Source: a bacterium
GTDB lineage: Bacteria > Planctomycetota > JAFGQW01
Assembly: GCA_030426805.1 (NCBI GenBank)
Contig: JAUHXU010000006.1
Location: 199,716 to 263,715 of the forward strand
Reading direction: 5' to 3'
DNA: 64,000 nt
A program made the translations under genes and the position numbers. Shown here piece after piece: positions 55,859 through 64,000 of the stretch; position 1 is the stretch's first letter, and the number at the start of each line of letters is the position of its first letter. A model generated the notes under the pieces. That model was not told the origin of the DNA and searched no databases. It saw only the letters and a program-made list of their open reading frames with translations.

Positions 55859-57532
55859 TCACCGAACGGATGCGACCTCGCCCGGGGTCGCATCCGGCAC
55901 GTACCGACGATCCCCGCGCACTTCGCGCCGCGGGGGCGGGGCGACGCCGGCCTGCTCGAACAGGCCGACCAGCGCCTGTCGCACGGCCCCGCCCGGAAGC
56001 GCGAGCGACTCGATGCGGCTCGCGCGCGCGATATTGAGGCCGACCGCCCGACCGTCGAGGTCGACCAGCGGACCGCCGCACTGAGCGGGCGTGATCACCG
56101 CGTCGTGCTGCAGCACGCGCGAGAAGCCCCGCCGCACGGTGCTCGTCGGTCCCCACAGGCGCGCCTGGCGGGGCTGACGCTCGGCGCGGACGAAGCCGAG
56201 GTCGACGCGGATCGTCTGCCGCGTCTCCCCGCGCCGAATGACCAGGGCGACGGTATCGCCCGGTTTCATCGCGCGCACGATCACGCCGAGGTCGCGGCTG
56301 CGTTTGACCGGCGTTCCGTCGATCGACTCGATCACGTCGTCGGCCTGGAGCCCGGCGGCTTCGGCGGCGCTTCCGGCGAGGACACGCCGGAGTTGCACGC
56401 GGTTGCGGCGGAACCGGAACTCGACGCCGAGCTGCGGGCGCCGCGTTCGCGTGTAGTTCGGCACGCCGACGATGCCGTATGCCTCCGGCTGCTCGCCGAT
56501 GCCCGCGACGACGACGAAGGCGCCGACCGCGTTCGTTTCGCCGTCGACCCACACCACCGGATCGAGGTCGCGCCGCTCGATCCGCACGAGCGCGAGGTCG
56601 TCGCCCGGATCGGTCGCGACGACGCGTGCCGGCAGCGCCGCCGTCTCGCCGGCGAGGCGGCACGCGATCGTGCCGCGCACTTCGCTCGCCTTCGTGAGGA
56701 GCAAGCCGTCGGGATGGACGACCGCGGCGAGCGCGACACGCGCGCCCGTCTCGTCGACGATCGCCGCCGTCGACCGCCGCACGCGCGCGACCGACGGCTG
56801 CAGGGCGGCGAGGATCGCGGACGCGTCTCGCGTCGCCTCGCTCTTCGGCACCCACGCGCGTCCCTTGCGCGTGCTGACGCGCTGGCCCGCGAGCAGGTCG
56901 TCCCACGCGTCGCGCAGCGTGTCGATCGGTGCGTGGTTGTTCGTCGTCAGGTCGCGCGTGATCGACTTGTTGAGTCCGATGACCCGGCCGTCGAGATCGA
57001 ACAGGGGGCCGCCCGAATCACCGGCCGACATCGGGCAATCGGTCACGATCGTGTCGCCGGAGACCGCGAGCACGCGACCGATGCGCACGCTCGCGGGGCG
57101 GAATGGCTGGCGCCCGCCGGGATGGCCGAGCATCACGCACCACTGGCCCGGCGCGAGGGTCGCGGACCGGCCCATCGGCGCGCCGGCGATCGCGTCGCCG
57201 CGAATGCGCATCACGGCCGCGTCGGCGCGCGTCTGCCGGCCGAGCGGTTCGGCTTCGAACTCGCGACCGTCGTGCAGCCGGCACGTCGCGACGTCGGGCA
57301 ACGAGCGACTGACGTGCGATGCGGTCAGCACGTAGCCGTCCTCGATCACGACGCCGCTCGCGCCGGGCACGGCGACGGTCGCGTCGAGCAGGCGGGGGAG
57401 GATCTCACGGACCCGGCGTTCCACCGCGCGGACGTCGTCGAGCGTGCTCGGTGTCGCGCTCGGGATCGTGGACTGTGCCGGGAGCAGCGCCGCGAAGCCG
57501 AGCGCGGCGACGAAAGCGATCGATCGGTTCAT
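55859..57532 (-). CDS. Trypsin-like serine protease (HtrA/DegP family) with tandem protease-like domains and PDZ
   Basis: Start ATG 57532 with a signal peptide. GDSGGPLFDLDGRVIGL active-site motif, with the His in TASHV. A PDZ-like segment (LGVEF...GLQADDVIESIDGTPV). A second degenerate trypsin-like domain (CGGPLVDLDGRAVGL). Confidence 0.8.
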   Translation of the reverse strand: MNRSIAFVAALGFAALLPAQSTIPSATPSTLDDVRAVERRVREILPRLLDATVAVPGASGVVIEDGYVLTASHVSRSLPDVATCRLHDGREFEAEPLGRQTRADAAVMRIRGDAIAGAPMGRSATLAPGQWCVMLGHPGGRQPFRPASVRIGRVLAVSGDTIVTDCPMSAGDSGGPLFDLDGRVIGLNKSITRDLTTNNHAPIDTLRDAWDDLLAGQRVSTRKGRAWVPKSEATRDASAILAALQPSVARVRRSTAAIVDETGARVALAAVVHPDGLLLTKASEVRGTIACRLAGETAALPARVVATDPGDDLALVRIERRDLDPVVWVDGETNAVGAFVVVAGIGEQPEAYGIVGVPNYTRTRRPQLGVEFRFRRNRVQLRRVLAGSAAEAAGLQADDVIESIDGTPVKRSRDLGVIVRAMKPGDTVALVIRRGETRQTIRVDLGFVRAERQPRQARLWGPTSTVRRGFSRVLQHDAVITPAQCGGPLVDLDGRAVGLNIARASRIESLALPGGAVRQALVGLFEQAGVAPPPRREVRGDRRYVPDATPGEVASVR

Positions 57533-57594
57533 GGCGGGCCATGATACCCGAAGGGGCTCGACAGCGCCGCGGTGTCGGGCGATGCTGGTCGACG

Positions 57595-60066
57595 ATGTCG
57601 GTCGCAGCACGCCTCTTCCTCGCACTCGCTTGGTTCGGGATCGTCCCGTCGATGCCGGCGCAGCCGGGGCTGCCGCTCGACTGGGAGCGGGCGCTGGCGG
57701 CGCGCGTGCGCCGCCCGCCGGAGGTCGCCGACTGGATCGTCGAGCACGTCGGTCGTTCGGCCATTCCACATCTGCGAGAGGCGCTGCGCGACCCTCGCTG
57801 GAACTACGCGGCGGCAATCGCACTCGTGCGCCTCGACCTGGGCGGGCTCGATGCGCTGTTGCGGAGCCCGCATCGTCGGGTGCGCGACGCGATCGTCGGT
57901 GCGGTGCTCTCGATCGGCGATCGCACGCGCTACTACCACACGCGACCGCAGGTCCTGCTGCCCGCGGTGCTCGCGCGCGCGAAGTACGGAGACGAGCCCG
58001 ACATCGAGACGTTGATCGCGGCGCTCGCGAGTGACGACCCCGAGCAGCGCGTGATCAGCGAGGCGATCCTCCGAGGGTATCGACGAACGACCGGAGACGG
58101 CCCGTGGCCCGGTGCGGCGTTCGCGCTCGATCGTCTCGAACGGGGTAACGCGACCGAACGACGGGGTGCGTTGCTCGCGCTCACCTACCGCAGGCTGACC
58201 GAAGAGCAACGGCAGCGCGTGCTCGCGGGTCGGGCACGCGCGCTGGAGGACGACGACCCGGCCGTGCGGCAGGCCGCCTACCAAGTGTCCAGTGATACCG
58301 GCGACTGGTGCCGGGTGATCGACTGCGCTCCGATCCTCCGCCGCGCGCTGGCCGACTCCGCATCGATCGCGATCACGTGCATCGGCGCGCTGACCGTCGA
58401 TCCGTCGATCGATTCGCTGGCGCCCATCGCGTTCGAGGACTTCGCGCGGCGACCCGCTGCCCTGCGCGCGGCGCTGCTGCGCTTCGGCGGGAACCTCGCC
58501 TACCGCGGTGAGCTGCCCACCACGCCGGACGTCGGCACGATCGTTCGCACGTCGCTGAACGATCCGTCGGCCGAGGTCCGCGCGGCGGCGCTGGCGGCCC
58601 TGTCGCGGGCGTTCCGCGACCGGGGGTCGTCCGCTGCACTCGTGCGACTCGTCGCCGACGAGCACGAAGCGGTGCGCGAACTCGCGACGCTCGTCGCCGG
58701 GCGGCGATCCGACCTGCCACGACTCCGTCGCGAAGGGATGCTCGCCGCCGCGCTTCGCGATCCGTACGCCGGCGTGCGCCGCGCTGCTGTCTACGGCATC
58801 ACCTACCGCCCGATGGTCTTCGATGCACGCGACGAGGCGATGCTGTTGCGTGCGCTCGACGATCGCTCGGCGGTCGTGCGCGATGCGATCGTGTCGTCAC
58901 TGCGCCGCCTTCCGCCGAACGACGCGATCGCGACCGCCTGGGTCGAACGCCTCGCCGATCCCGACCGGCGCGTCGTACACGCCGCCCGCACCGGGCTCCT
59001 CCGGCGACGGACGGTCGCTCTGCCGGCTTGTGTCGCCGCGGCGTGTCGTTCGGACGACGCGGCGCCGATCACCGAACTCGCGAATGTCCTCGCGACGTTG
59101 CTCGCCTCCTCGCCGGACGGCATCGGCCGGACGATCGGTGAGTTGATCGGCAGCGAGCACGTGCGCGCCCGTGCGGTCGGGCTGCTCACCGCGACGCGCC
59201 TCGGGACGCACGCCGCTGCGGCGGCAAATGCGATCGTTCAGCGCCTCGCAACGCCGGCGGACGACGACGAGGCGCGTCGCGCGGCGCGGGCGCTCGTGTC
59301 GATCGGCCCGGTCGCGACCGACCCGCAGGGCGACGGGTGGGCGGCGTGGGTGCGCGAGAAGTGGGCGCAGGAGCGCACGGTCGTCGCGGCGAGCGTTCGC
59401 AATCGGCTTCGGCACGCGCAGCGGCGTTTCGGCATCCGGGTCGAGTTCCCCGGCGGTGACGTCGACGGGTTGCGCGCGACGCCGCTCGCGCCCGCGGAAC
59501 GACGGGTGGCGGCCGCGGCGGTGGTCGACGCGTTGGAGCGGTATCCCCGCACCGCGCTCGCCGGCCGACTCGCGCGCGTCTGCATCGTCGGTTCGCTCTG
59601 GTTGCGTGGCAGCCAGGTCGGCGGCAGCTACCGGGGGGACACGATCTACATCGCGGCGGTCGAGCGACTGCGACCGCGCCACGTCGCGTCGACGTTCCAC
59701 CACGAGCTGAGCTCGGTGTTCGCGAAGGCAGACGGCTTCCCGTGGGCGGCGTGGCGTGCCGCGAATGCGCCGTCGGAGCGCTACCTCGGCAGTCCGTTCT
59801 CGGCGATTCGCATCGGCCTCGTCGGCGTCGGCGACGAGGCCGAGTTCGCACGCGGCTTCTTCGCACCGTACGCGGCGGCGACCGCCGAAGAGGACTTCAA
59901 CGTGTTCGCCGAGGCCGTGATGACCGACCCGGTGTGGGCGCGCTCGTGCATCGAGCGACACCCGGCGCTCCGACGCAAGTGGGACGCGTGGTGCACGTGC
60001 ATGCGGGCGGTCGCGCCGACGTTCTCGCCACCGTTCACTCTCGGAGCGGACGGCGCGGGGCGCTGA
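57595..60066 (+). CDS. HEAT/PBS-lyase-like repeat protein with uncharacterised C-terminal domain
   Basis: Signal/TM (LFLALAWFGIVPSMPAQ). Many HEAT-like repeats (DPSAEVRAAALAAL, DEHEAVRELATLV, DPYAGVRRAAVYGI, DRSAVVRDAIVSSL, DPDRRVVHAART). Confidence 0.6.
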   Translation: MSVAARLFLALAWFGIVPSMPAQPGLPLDWERALAARVRRPPEVADWIVEHVGRSAIPHLREALRDPRWNYAAAIALVRLDLGGLDALLRSPHRRVRDAIVGAVLSIGDRTRYYHTRPQVLLPAVLARAKYGDEPDIETLIAALASDDPEQRVISEAILRGYRRTTGDGPWPGAAFALDRLERGNATERRGALLALTYRRLTEEQRQRVLAGRARALEDDDPAVRQAAYQVSSDTGDWCRVIDCAPILRRALADSASIAITCIGALTVDPSIDSLAPIAFEDFARRPAALRAALLRFGGNLAYRGELPTTPDVGTIVRTSLNDPSAEVRAAALAALSRAFRDRGSSAALVRLVADEHEAVRELATLVAGRRSDLPRLRREGMLAAALRDPYAGVRRAAVYGITYRPMVFDARDEAMLLRALDDRSAVVRDAIVSSLRRLPPNDAIATAWVERLADPDRRVVHAARTGLLRRRTVALPACVAAACRSDDAAPITELANVLATLLASSPDGIGRTIGELIGSEHVRARAVGLLTATRLGTHAAAAANAIVQRLATPADDDEARRAARALVSIGPVATDPQGDGWAAWVREKWAQERTVVAASVRNRLRHAQRRFGIRVEFPGGDVDGLRATPLAPAERRVAAAAVVDALERYPRTALAGRLARVCIVGSLWLRGSQVGGSYRGDTIYIAAVERLRPRHVASTFHHELSSVFAKADGFPWAAWRAANAPSERYLGSPFSAIRIGLVGVGDEAEFARGFFAPYAAATAEEDFNVFAEAVMTDPVWARSCIERHPALRRKWDAWCTCMRAVAPTFSPPFTLGADGAGR

Positions 60067-60067
60067 C

Positions 60068-61699
60068 TCAGTCGTCGTCGCGACGCGAGCGGCGACGCGG
60101 GCGCTTCTTGCTCGGGGGGGCGTCGTCGCGGCGACGGCGGGACGTCGTCTTCTTCGGTGCGTCGCGGTCGGAACGGCCGGACTCACCACGTTCACGATCG
60201 CTTCGGTCGCTTCGGTCGCTTCGGTCGCTGCGATCGGAGCGGTTGCTGCGACGACGCGTCGTCTCGCCCTTGCGCTCGGCGGACGCACCGTTGGTGCTCG
60301 TCTTCTTCGAGGCCGGTCGACGACCGCCGGACTTCTTCGCCGGACGCTCGTCGTCGTCGCGCCGTGCGCGCGGCCGGTCGTCGTCGTCCGAGGTGCGGCG
60401 TCCGCGCCGCGGCGCGTCGTCGCCGCGCGGGCGCGACTTCGATCCCGATCGCGACCCGGCGCGCGGTCCCGACCGCCGGCCGCCGGTGCGATGGGCGCTC
60501 AGCTCGGTCGCCTCGCGGCTCGCGGCGTCGGCTTGTGCATCGGTCTTCGCGTCGAGGTGCTTGATGATCGCGCGATACATCTTGTCGTCGCGCGGGGACA
60601 CGAAGCTGACCGCTCGTCCCGAACGGCCCGCGCGTCCGGTGCGGCCGACGCGGTGCACGTAGTCCTCGACACTGTGGGGGAGGTCGTAGTTGACGACGAG
60701 TTCGACGTTGTCGACGTCGAGGCCGCGCGCGGCGACGTCGGTCGCGACGATGCAGCGGACCTTGCCGCGGTCGAAGCGCTGCAGTGCGGTGTAGCGCGCT
60801 TCGGCGCTCTTGTCGCCGTGCAGCGAGTCGGCCGGCCAGCCCTGGTAGCGAAGGCGCTGGCCCAGCTCCTGCGCACCGGACTTGCTGCGCACGAAGACGA
60901 GCACACGCCCCGGCTCACGGTCGAGCAGCGACTCGAGCGCGTCGGTCTTGCGGCCTTGCGGCATCTTGCGGAAGTCGTGCTTGATGTTCGCCGAGGCCTG
61001 GGAGCGTCGACCGACCTGGACGCGCTTGGCGTCGGCCATGAACTCCTCGCAGAGTCCGGCGACCTCCGGCGGCATCGTCGCGCTGAACAGGAGTGTCCGT
61101 CGATCGCGCGGGCACCACGACAGGATGCGGCGGATCTGCGGCAGGAAGCCCATGTCGAGCATCCGGTCGGCCTCGTCCAACACGAGGATCCCGACGTTGT
61201 CGAGCGTGACGTTTCGACGCTCGAGGTGATCGATCAGCCGGCCGGGGCAGGCGACCAGCACGTCGAGGCCGCGCGCGAACGCCGCCTCCTGGATGCGCAT
61301 GTCGATGCCGCCGAACGCGGTGCGCACGTGGAGGTCGGTGCCGCTCGCGTAGAGGCGCAGGCTCTCGGCGACCTGGACGCACAGTTCGCGCGTGGGCACG
61401 AGGATCAGCGCCCGCAGGCCGGTCTCTCCGTCGACCAGCGCGTCGAGGATCGGCAGGCCGAACACCGCGGTCTTGCCGGACCCGGTTTCGCCGCACGCGA
61501 TCAGGTCGTGCCCGTCGAGGACGGTCGGGATCGCGCGCGCCTGGATCTCGGTCGGCTTCTTGTAACCGGCCGCTCGGACGCCTGCGAGGATGGGCTTTTT
61601 GAGCCCGAGGGATGCGAAACTCAGGGGTGGGCCTCGGTTCGGGGACGGCCGCGATCGGCGCGGCGCGAGAGCATCGGATCGGGGAGTGAGCCGGACCAC
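60068..61699 (-). CDS. DEAD-box ATP-dependent RNA helicase with Arg/Asp/Ser-rich C-terminal tail
   Basis: Q-motif GYKKPTEIQ, Walker A GSGKT, DEAD, SAT, HRVGRTGRAG. C-terminal (RSD)n/RRDD low-complexity tail. GTG start at 61699; the N-terminus is uncertain. Confidence 0.85.
   Translation of the reverse strand: MVRLTPRSDALAPRRSRPSPNRGPPLSFASLGLKKPILAGVRAAGYKKPTEIQARAIPTVLDGHDLIACGETGSGKTAVFGLPILDALVDGETGLRALILVPTRELCVQVAESLRLYASGTDLHVRTAFGGIDMRIQEAAFARGLDVLVACPGRLIDHLERRNVTLDNVGILVLDEADRMLDMGFLPQIRRILSWCPRDRRTLLFSATMPPEVAGLCEEFMADAKRVQVGRRSQASANIKHDFRKMPQGRKTDALESLLDREPGRVLVFVRSKSGAQELGQRLRYQGWPADSLHGDKSAEARYTALQRFDRGKVRCIVATDVAARGLDVDNVELVVNYDLPHSVEDYVHRVGRTGRAGRSGRAVSFVSPRDDKMYRAIIKHLDAKTDAQADAASREATELSAHRTGGRRSGPRAGSRSGSKSRPRGDDAPRRGRRTSDDDDRPRARRDDDERPAKKSGGRRPASKKTSTNGASAERKGETTRRRSNRSDRSDRSDRSDRSDRERGESGRSDRDAPKKTTSRRRRDDAPPSKKRPRRRSRRDDD
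60195..60235 (-). repeat. Tandem 9-bp repeat (CGGTCGCTT)n encoding (SDR)n within the helicase tail
   Basis: Four or more exact tandem units tcgcttcggtcgcttcggtcgcttcggtcgc, in frame within the helicase C-terminal tail. Confidence 0.7.
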
Positions 61700-61874
61700 C
61701 GGCCCCGGACCCCGAAGAAAACCGCCACGAAGGAGTTCTACCCCACCCGGCGGGTTCCGTCAAACGCGGGCGCCGCTGGGCGGATTGACTGGCGGAGGCG
61801 GCTTCGGTTTGATCGGTGGGCGCCCGGCGGCCCCGCCGGGCGCAGCCCCGAGACAACCGCGCACGCGAGCCACC

Positions 61875-62906
61875 ATGCGATTGACCGAATTGGCCGAACG
61901 ACTCGGCGCCGACCTCGTCCACCCCGAAGCGACCGCGAGCACCGACGTCGATGTCACGGCGGTCCGGCCGATCCAGCACGCCGGCCCCGGCGAGGTCACC
62001 TTTCTGACCAGCGCCGAGTATGCGAAGTACCTCGCGGCGTCGCGCGCCGCGGCGGTGATCGTCCAGCGGCCGCTTGCCGGTGCCGCGATCCCGCAACTCG
62101 TGCACCCGAATCCGTATTGGGCGTTCGCGCGCACGACCCAGCTGTTCGCGCCGCCGGCCGATCACACGCCAGGCGTGCACGACGGCGCGTTCGTCTCCGA
62201 GACGGCGACGCTCGGCGCCGACGTGACGATTCACGCCGGGGCAGTCGTCGACCGCGGCGCCGAGCTCGGCGCCCGGGTCGTCCTGTATCCCGGCGCATAC
62301 GTCGGCCGCGACGTGCGGATCGGCGACGACAGCATCGTGCACGCCAACGCCGTCGTGCAGGAAGGCGTCACGATCGGCGCGCGCGTATTGCTCAACCCCG
62401 GGTGCGTGATCGGCGGCGAAGGGTTCGGGTTCGCGCCCGGGCCCGACGGGCTCGCGAAGATCGTCCAGGCCGGCGGGGTCCGGATCGGCGACGACGTCGA
62501 GGTCGGCGCGAACACGACGATCGATCGCGGCGCGATGGACGACACCGTGATCGGCGACGGCACGAAGATCGACTCTCAGGTGCAGATCGGGCACAACGTC
62601 GTGATCGGCCGGCACTCGCTGGTCTGCGGCATGAGCGGCCTCGCGGGGTCGTCGAAGATCGGCAACGGCGTGATGATCGGCGGGCACAGCGCGGTCACGA
62701 ACCACTGCGAAGTCGCAGACGGCGTGCAACTCGCGGGCATGTCGGGGATCACGAAGAGCGTGTCCCAGCCGGGGCGCTATGCGGGGCTTCCCGCAGCGGA
62801 AGTCGGCGAGTGGCGGCGGGAGCGCGTGCGCATCCGCCGGCTGCCCGAACTCGAGGCCCGGGTCCGGGAACTCGAAGCCCGGCTCGATGCACTCGGCCGC
62901 GATTGA
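61875..62906 (+). CDS. lpxD: UDP-3-O-(3-hydroxyacyl)glucosamine N-acyltransferase
   Basis: N-terminal MRLTELAERLGA...TFL. Left-handed beta-helix hexapeptide repeats. Conserved HN..IG..S.IG..S.L.G..G motifs of LpxD. Confidence 0.85.
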   Translation: MRLTELAERLGADLVHPEATASTDVDVTAVRPIQHAGPGEVTFLTSAEYAKYLAASRAAAVIVQRPLAGAAIPQLVHPNPYWAFARTTQLFAPPADHTPGVHDGAFVSETATLGADVTIHAGAVVDRGAELGARVVLYPGAYVGRDVRIGDDSIVHANAVVQEGVTIGARVLLNPGCVIGGEGFGFAPGPDGLAKIVQAGGVRIGDDVEVGANTTIDRGAMDDTVIGDGTKIDSQVQIGHNVVIGRHSLVCGMSGLAGSSKIGNGVMIGGHSAVTNHCEVADGVQLAGMSGITKSVSQPGRYAGLPAAEVGEWRRERVRIRRLPELEARVRELEARLDALGRD

Positions 62907-62912
62907 TCGCGG

Positions 62913-63935
62913 TCAATCGAGCGGGAAGTCGATCGCGTCCTTCGGCACGCGGATCACGTCGTAGAGCATCGCGATCGTGTCCCCGTCGATTCGGAACGGG
63001 GAGTAGTACTCCCACACGATCTCGCCCTTCGGCGTGACCTCGACGGCGCGGCCGTTCTCCGACTCCACGATCATCGTATTGCCGCTCGGCAAACGATGCG
63101 CGGTACCGCACGTCTCCGAGTAGAGGTCGTCGTCGCGGTCCGGGCCGGGATACCGCCACACCGGTTCCAGGCGGGTCGGGTCGATCTCGAGTACGCGCGA
63201 TGCGCCGGCGTCGCCGCGGTTGTCGAACAGCAAGAGGTTGCCGGACGGGACGGCCGTGACTTCGTGCTGCATCGTGAACGTGCCGAACAGCATCCACGTC
63301 ATCCGCTCGGTCGCGAGGTCGAGCGCGCCGACCGCGTTGATGTTGCGCATCGACAACAGGAGCTGCCCCGGCCGCACCGGCCCGCGCGGCGTGACCGACT
63401 CGCGCACGAGGTGGATCGAGTTCGTGTGGTGCATGTCGGTGGACTTCACCAACTCGAGGCTCGGTGCATACGCCGAATTGCGGATCGCCTCGAGGATCGA
63501 CACTTCCTTCTGCAGTTCGCCGTCCGGAGAGAGCACGAAGACGTAGTCCTCGTAGACGCGATCGTCCGGCTCGAACGTGATCAGCCCGAGGTCGTTGCGG
63601 TGGTGGTGCGTGCGCGACAACACGTAGATCGTGCCGTCCGGACCGACGTCGAGACCGTGGTGCGCGCGGCCGCCGCGGAACGCCCACTTGACGTTGGAGT
63701 CCTTGTCGAGGCAGACGAGACCGAGGTCCTCGAAGATCACGAGGAGGTCGCCGCCCGGTCGCAGGTACGCCCGCCGAAAGCACGTCCACCCGAGCAGGAT
63801 GCGGGGCGGCCACCGCCAGTGCCACCCGGACTTGCCCTGCCACGACTTCACGTCGTCGAACGGGCGCTTCCATCGGTGGACGACGTTGCCGTCCATGTCG
63901 ATCAGCAACGCCTCCGGCGCGTGCCCCGAACACAC
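62913..63935 (-). CDS. Beta-propeller protein, possibly arylsulfotransferase (ASST)-like; may extend beyond the window edge
   Basis: Long coding-like frame with repeated blade-like segments (GTIYVLS, NSIHLV, GNLLLFDN, GNTMIVES). The start is given as the first Met, but the frame may continue upstream toward 64000. Confidence 0.4.
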   Translation of the reverse strand: MCSGHAPEALLIDMDGNVVHRWKRPFDDVKSWQGKSGWHWRWPPRILLGWTCFRRAYLRPGGDLLVIFEDLGLVCLDKDSNVKWAFRGGRAHHGLDVGPDGTIYVLSRTHHHRNDLGLITFEPDDRVYEDYVFVLSPDGELQKEVSILEAIRNSAYAPSLELVKSTDMHHTNSIHLVRESVTPRGPVRPGQLLLSMRNINAVGALDLATERMTWMLFGTFTMQHEVTAVPSGNLLLFDNRGDAGASRVLEIDPTRLEPVWRYPGPDRDDDLYSETCGTAHRLPSGNTMIVESENGRAVEVTPKGEIVWEYYSPFRIDGDTIAMLYDVIRVPKDAIDFPLD

Positions 63936-64000
63936 GAGGTTGTAGTCACCCCCGCCGACCGCGTTGACGGTGACGCCCTTCTTTCGATCCGCGGTCGAGC

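Noticed and set aside
60491-63037. 848-aa plus-strand ORF and the 60915..62729 minus-strand ORF
   Set aside because: They overlap the DEAD-box helicase (minus) and lpxD (plus) in the wrong frames. The translations are Arg-rich nonsense.

Overview
This is a 64 kb window of very GC-rich bacterial chromosome, roughly 70% GC by eye, so nearly every frame on both strands carries long spurious 'shadow' ORFs. I called genes only where a frame showed recognisable domain signatures, signal peptides or TM helices, RBS-like purine tracts, or stop/start coupling (ATGA/GTGA overlaps). That gives about 57 protein-coding genes. I found no rRNA, tRNA, CRISPR array, transposase or integrase. The content looks like a diderm, Planctomycetota/Myxococcota-like organism. 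It includes an MglA/MglB-type polarity GTPase locus, LPS/Kdo genes (kdsB, lpxD, a Kdo/LPS kinase, a GT39 ArnT-like transferase), a TonB-dependent receptor, a porin, an ECF sigma factor divergent from a Ser/Thr kinase-TPR protein, DUF1570-like HExxH lipoproteins, and many signal-peptide proteins. The most notable observations: (1) An MglA-like Ras GTPase carries an unusual ~150-aa Ala/Pro/Gly-rich linker ending in a C-terminal transmembrane helix. It is flanked by three roadblock/LC7 genes, one of them fused to TPR repeats. (2) At least six secreted proteins in three paralog families share a conserved ~90-aa C-terminal module that I cannot assign to any sorting-signal class I know. One family sits as a tandem pair plus a distant third copy. 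(3) A 21/22-nt near-identical motif lies upstream of both a MarR gene and the adjacent pirin gene. (4) A zinc-ribbon protein has a long (HGG)n His/Gly repeat. (5) An M28 peptidase gene is frameshifted. (6) A classic LysR T-N11-A palindrome overlaps the LysR start codon. (7) Low-GC intergenic islands with long inverted repeats or tandem 10-mers stand out against the GC-rich background.
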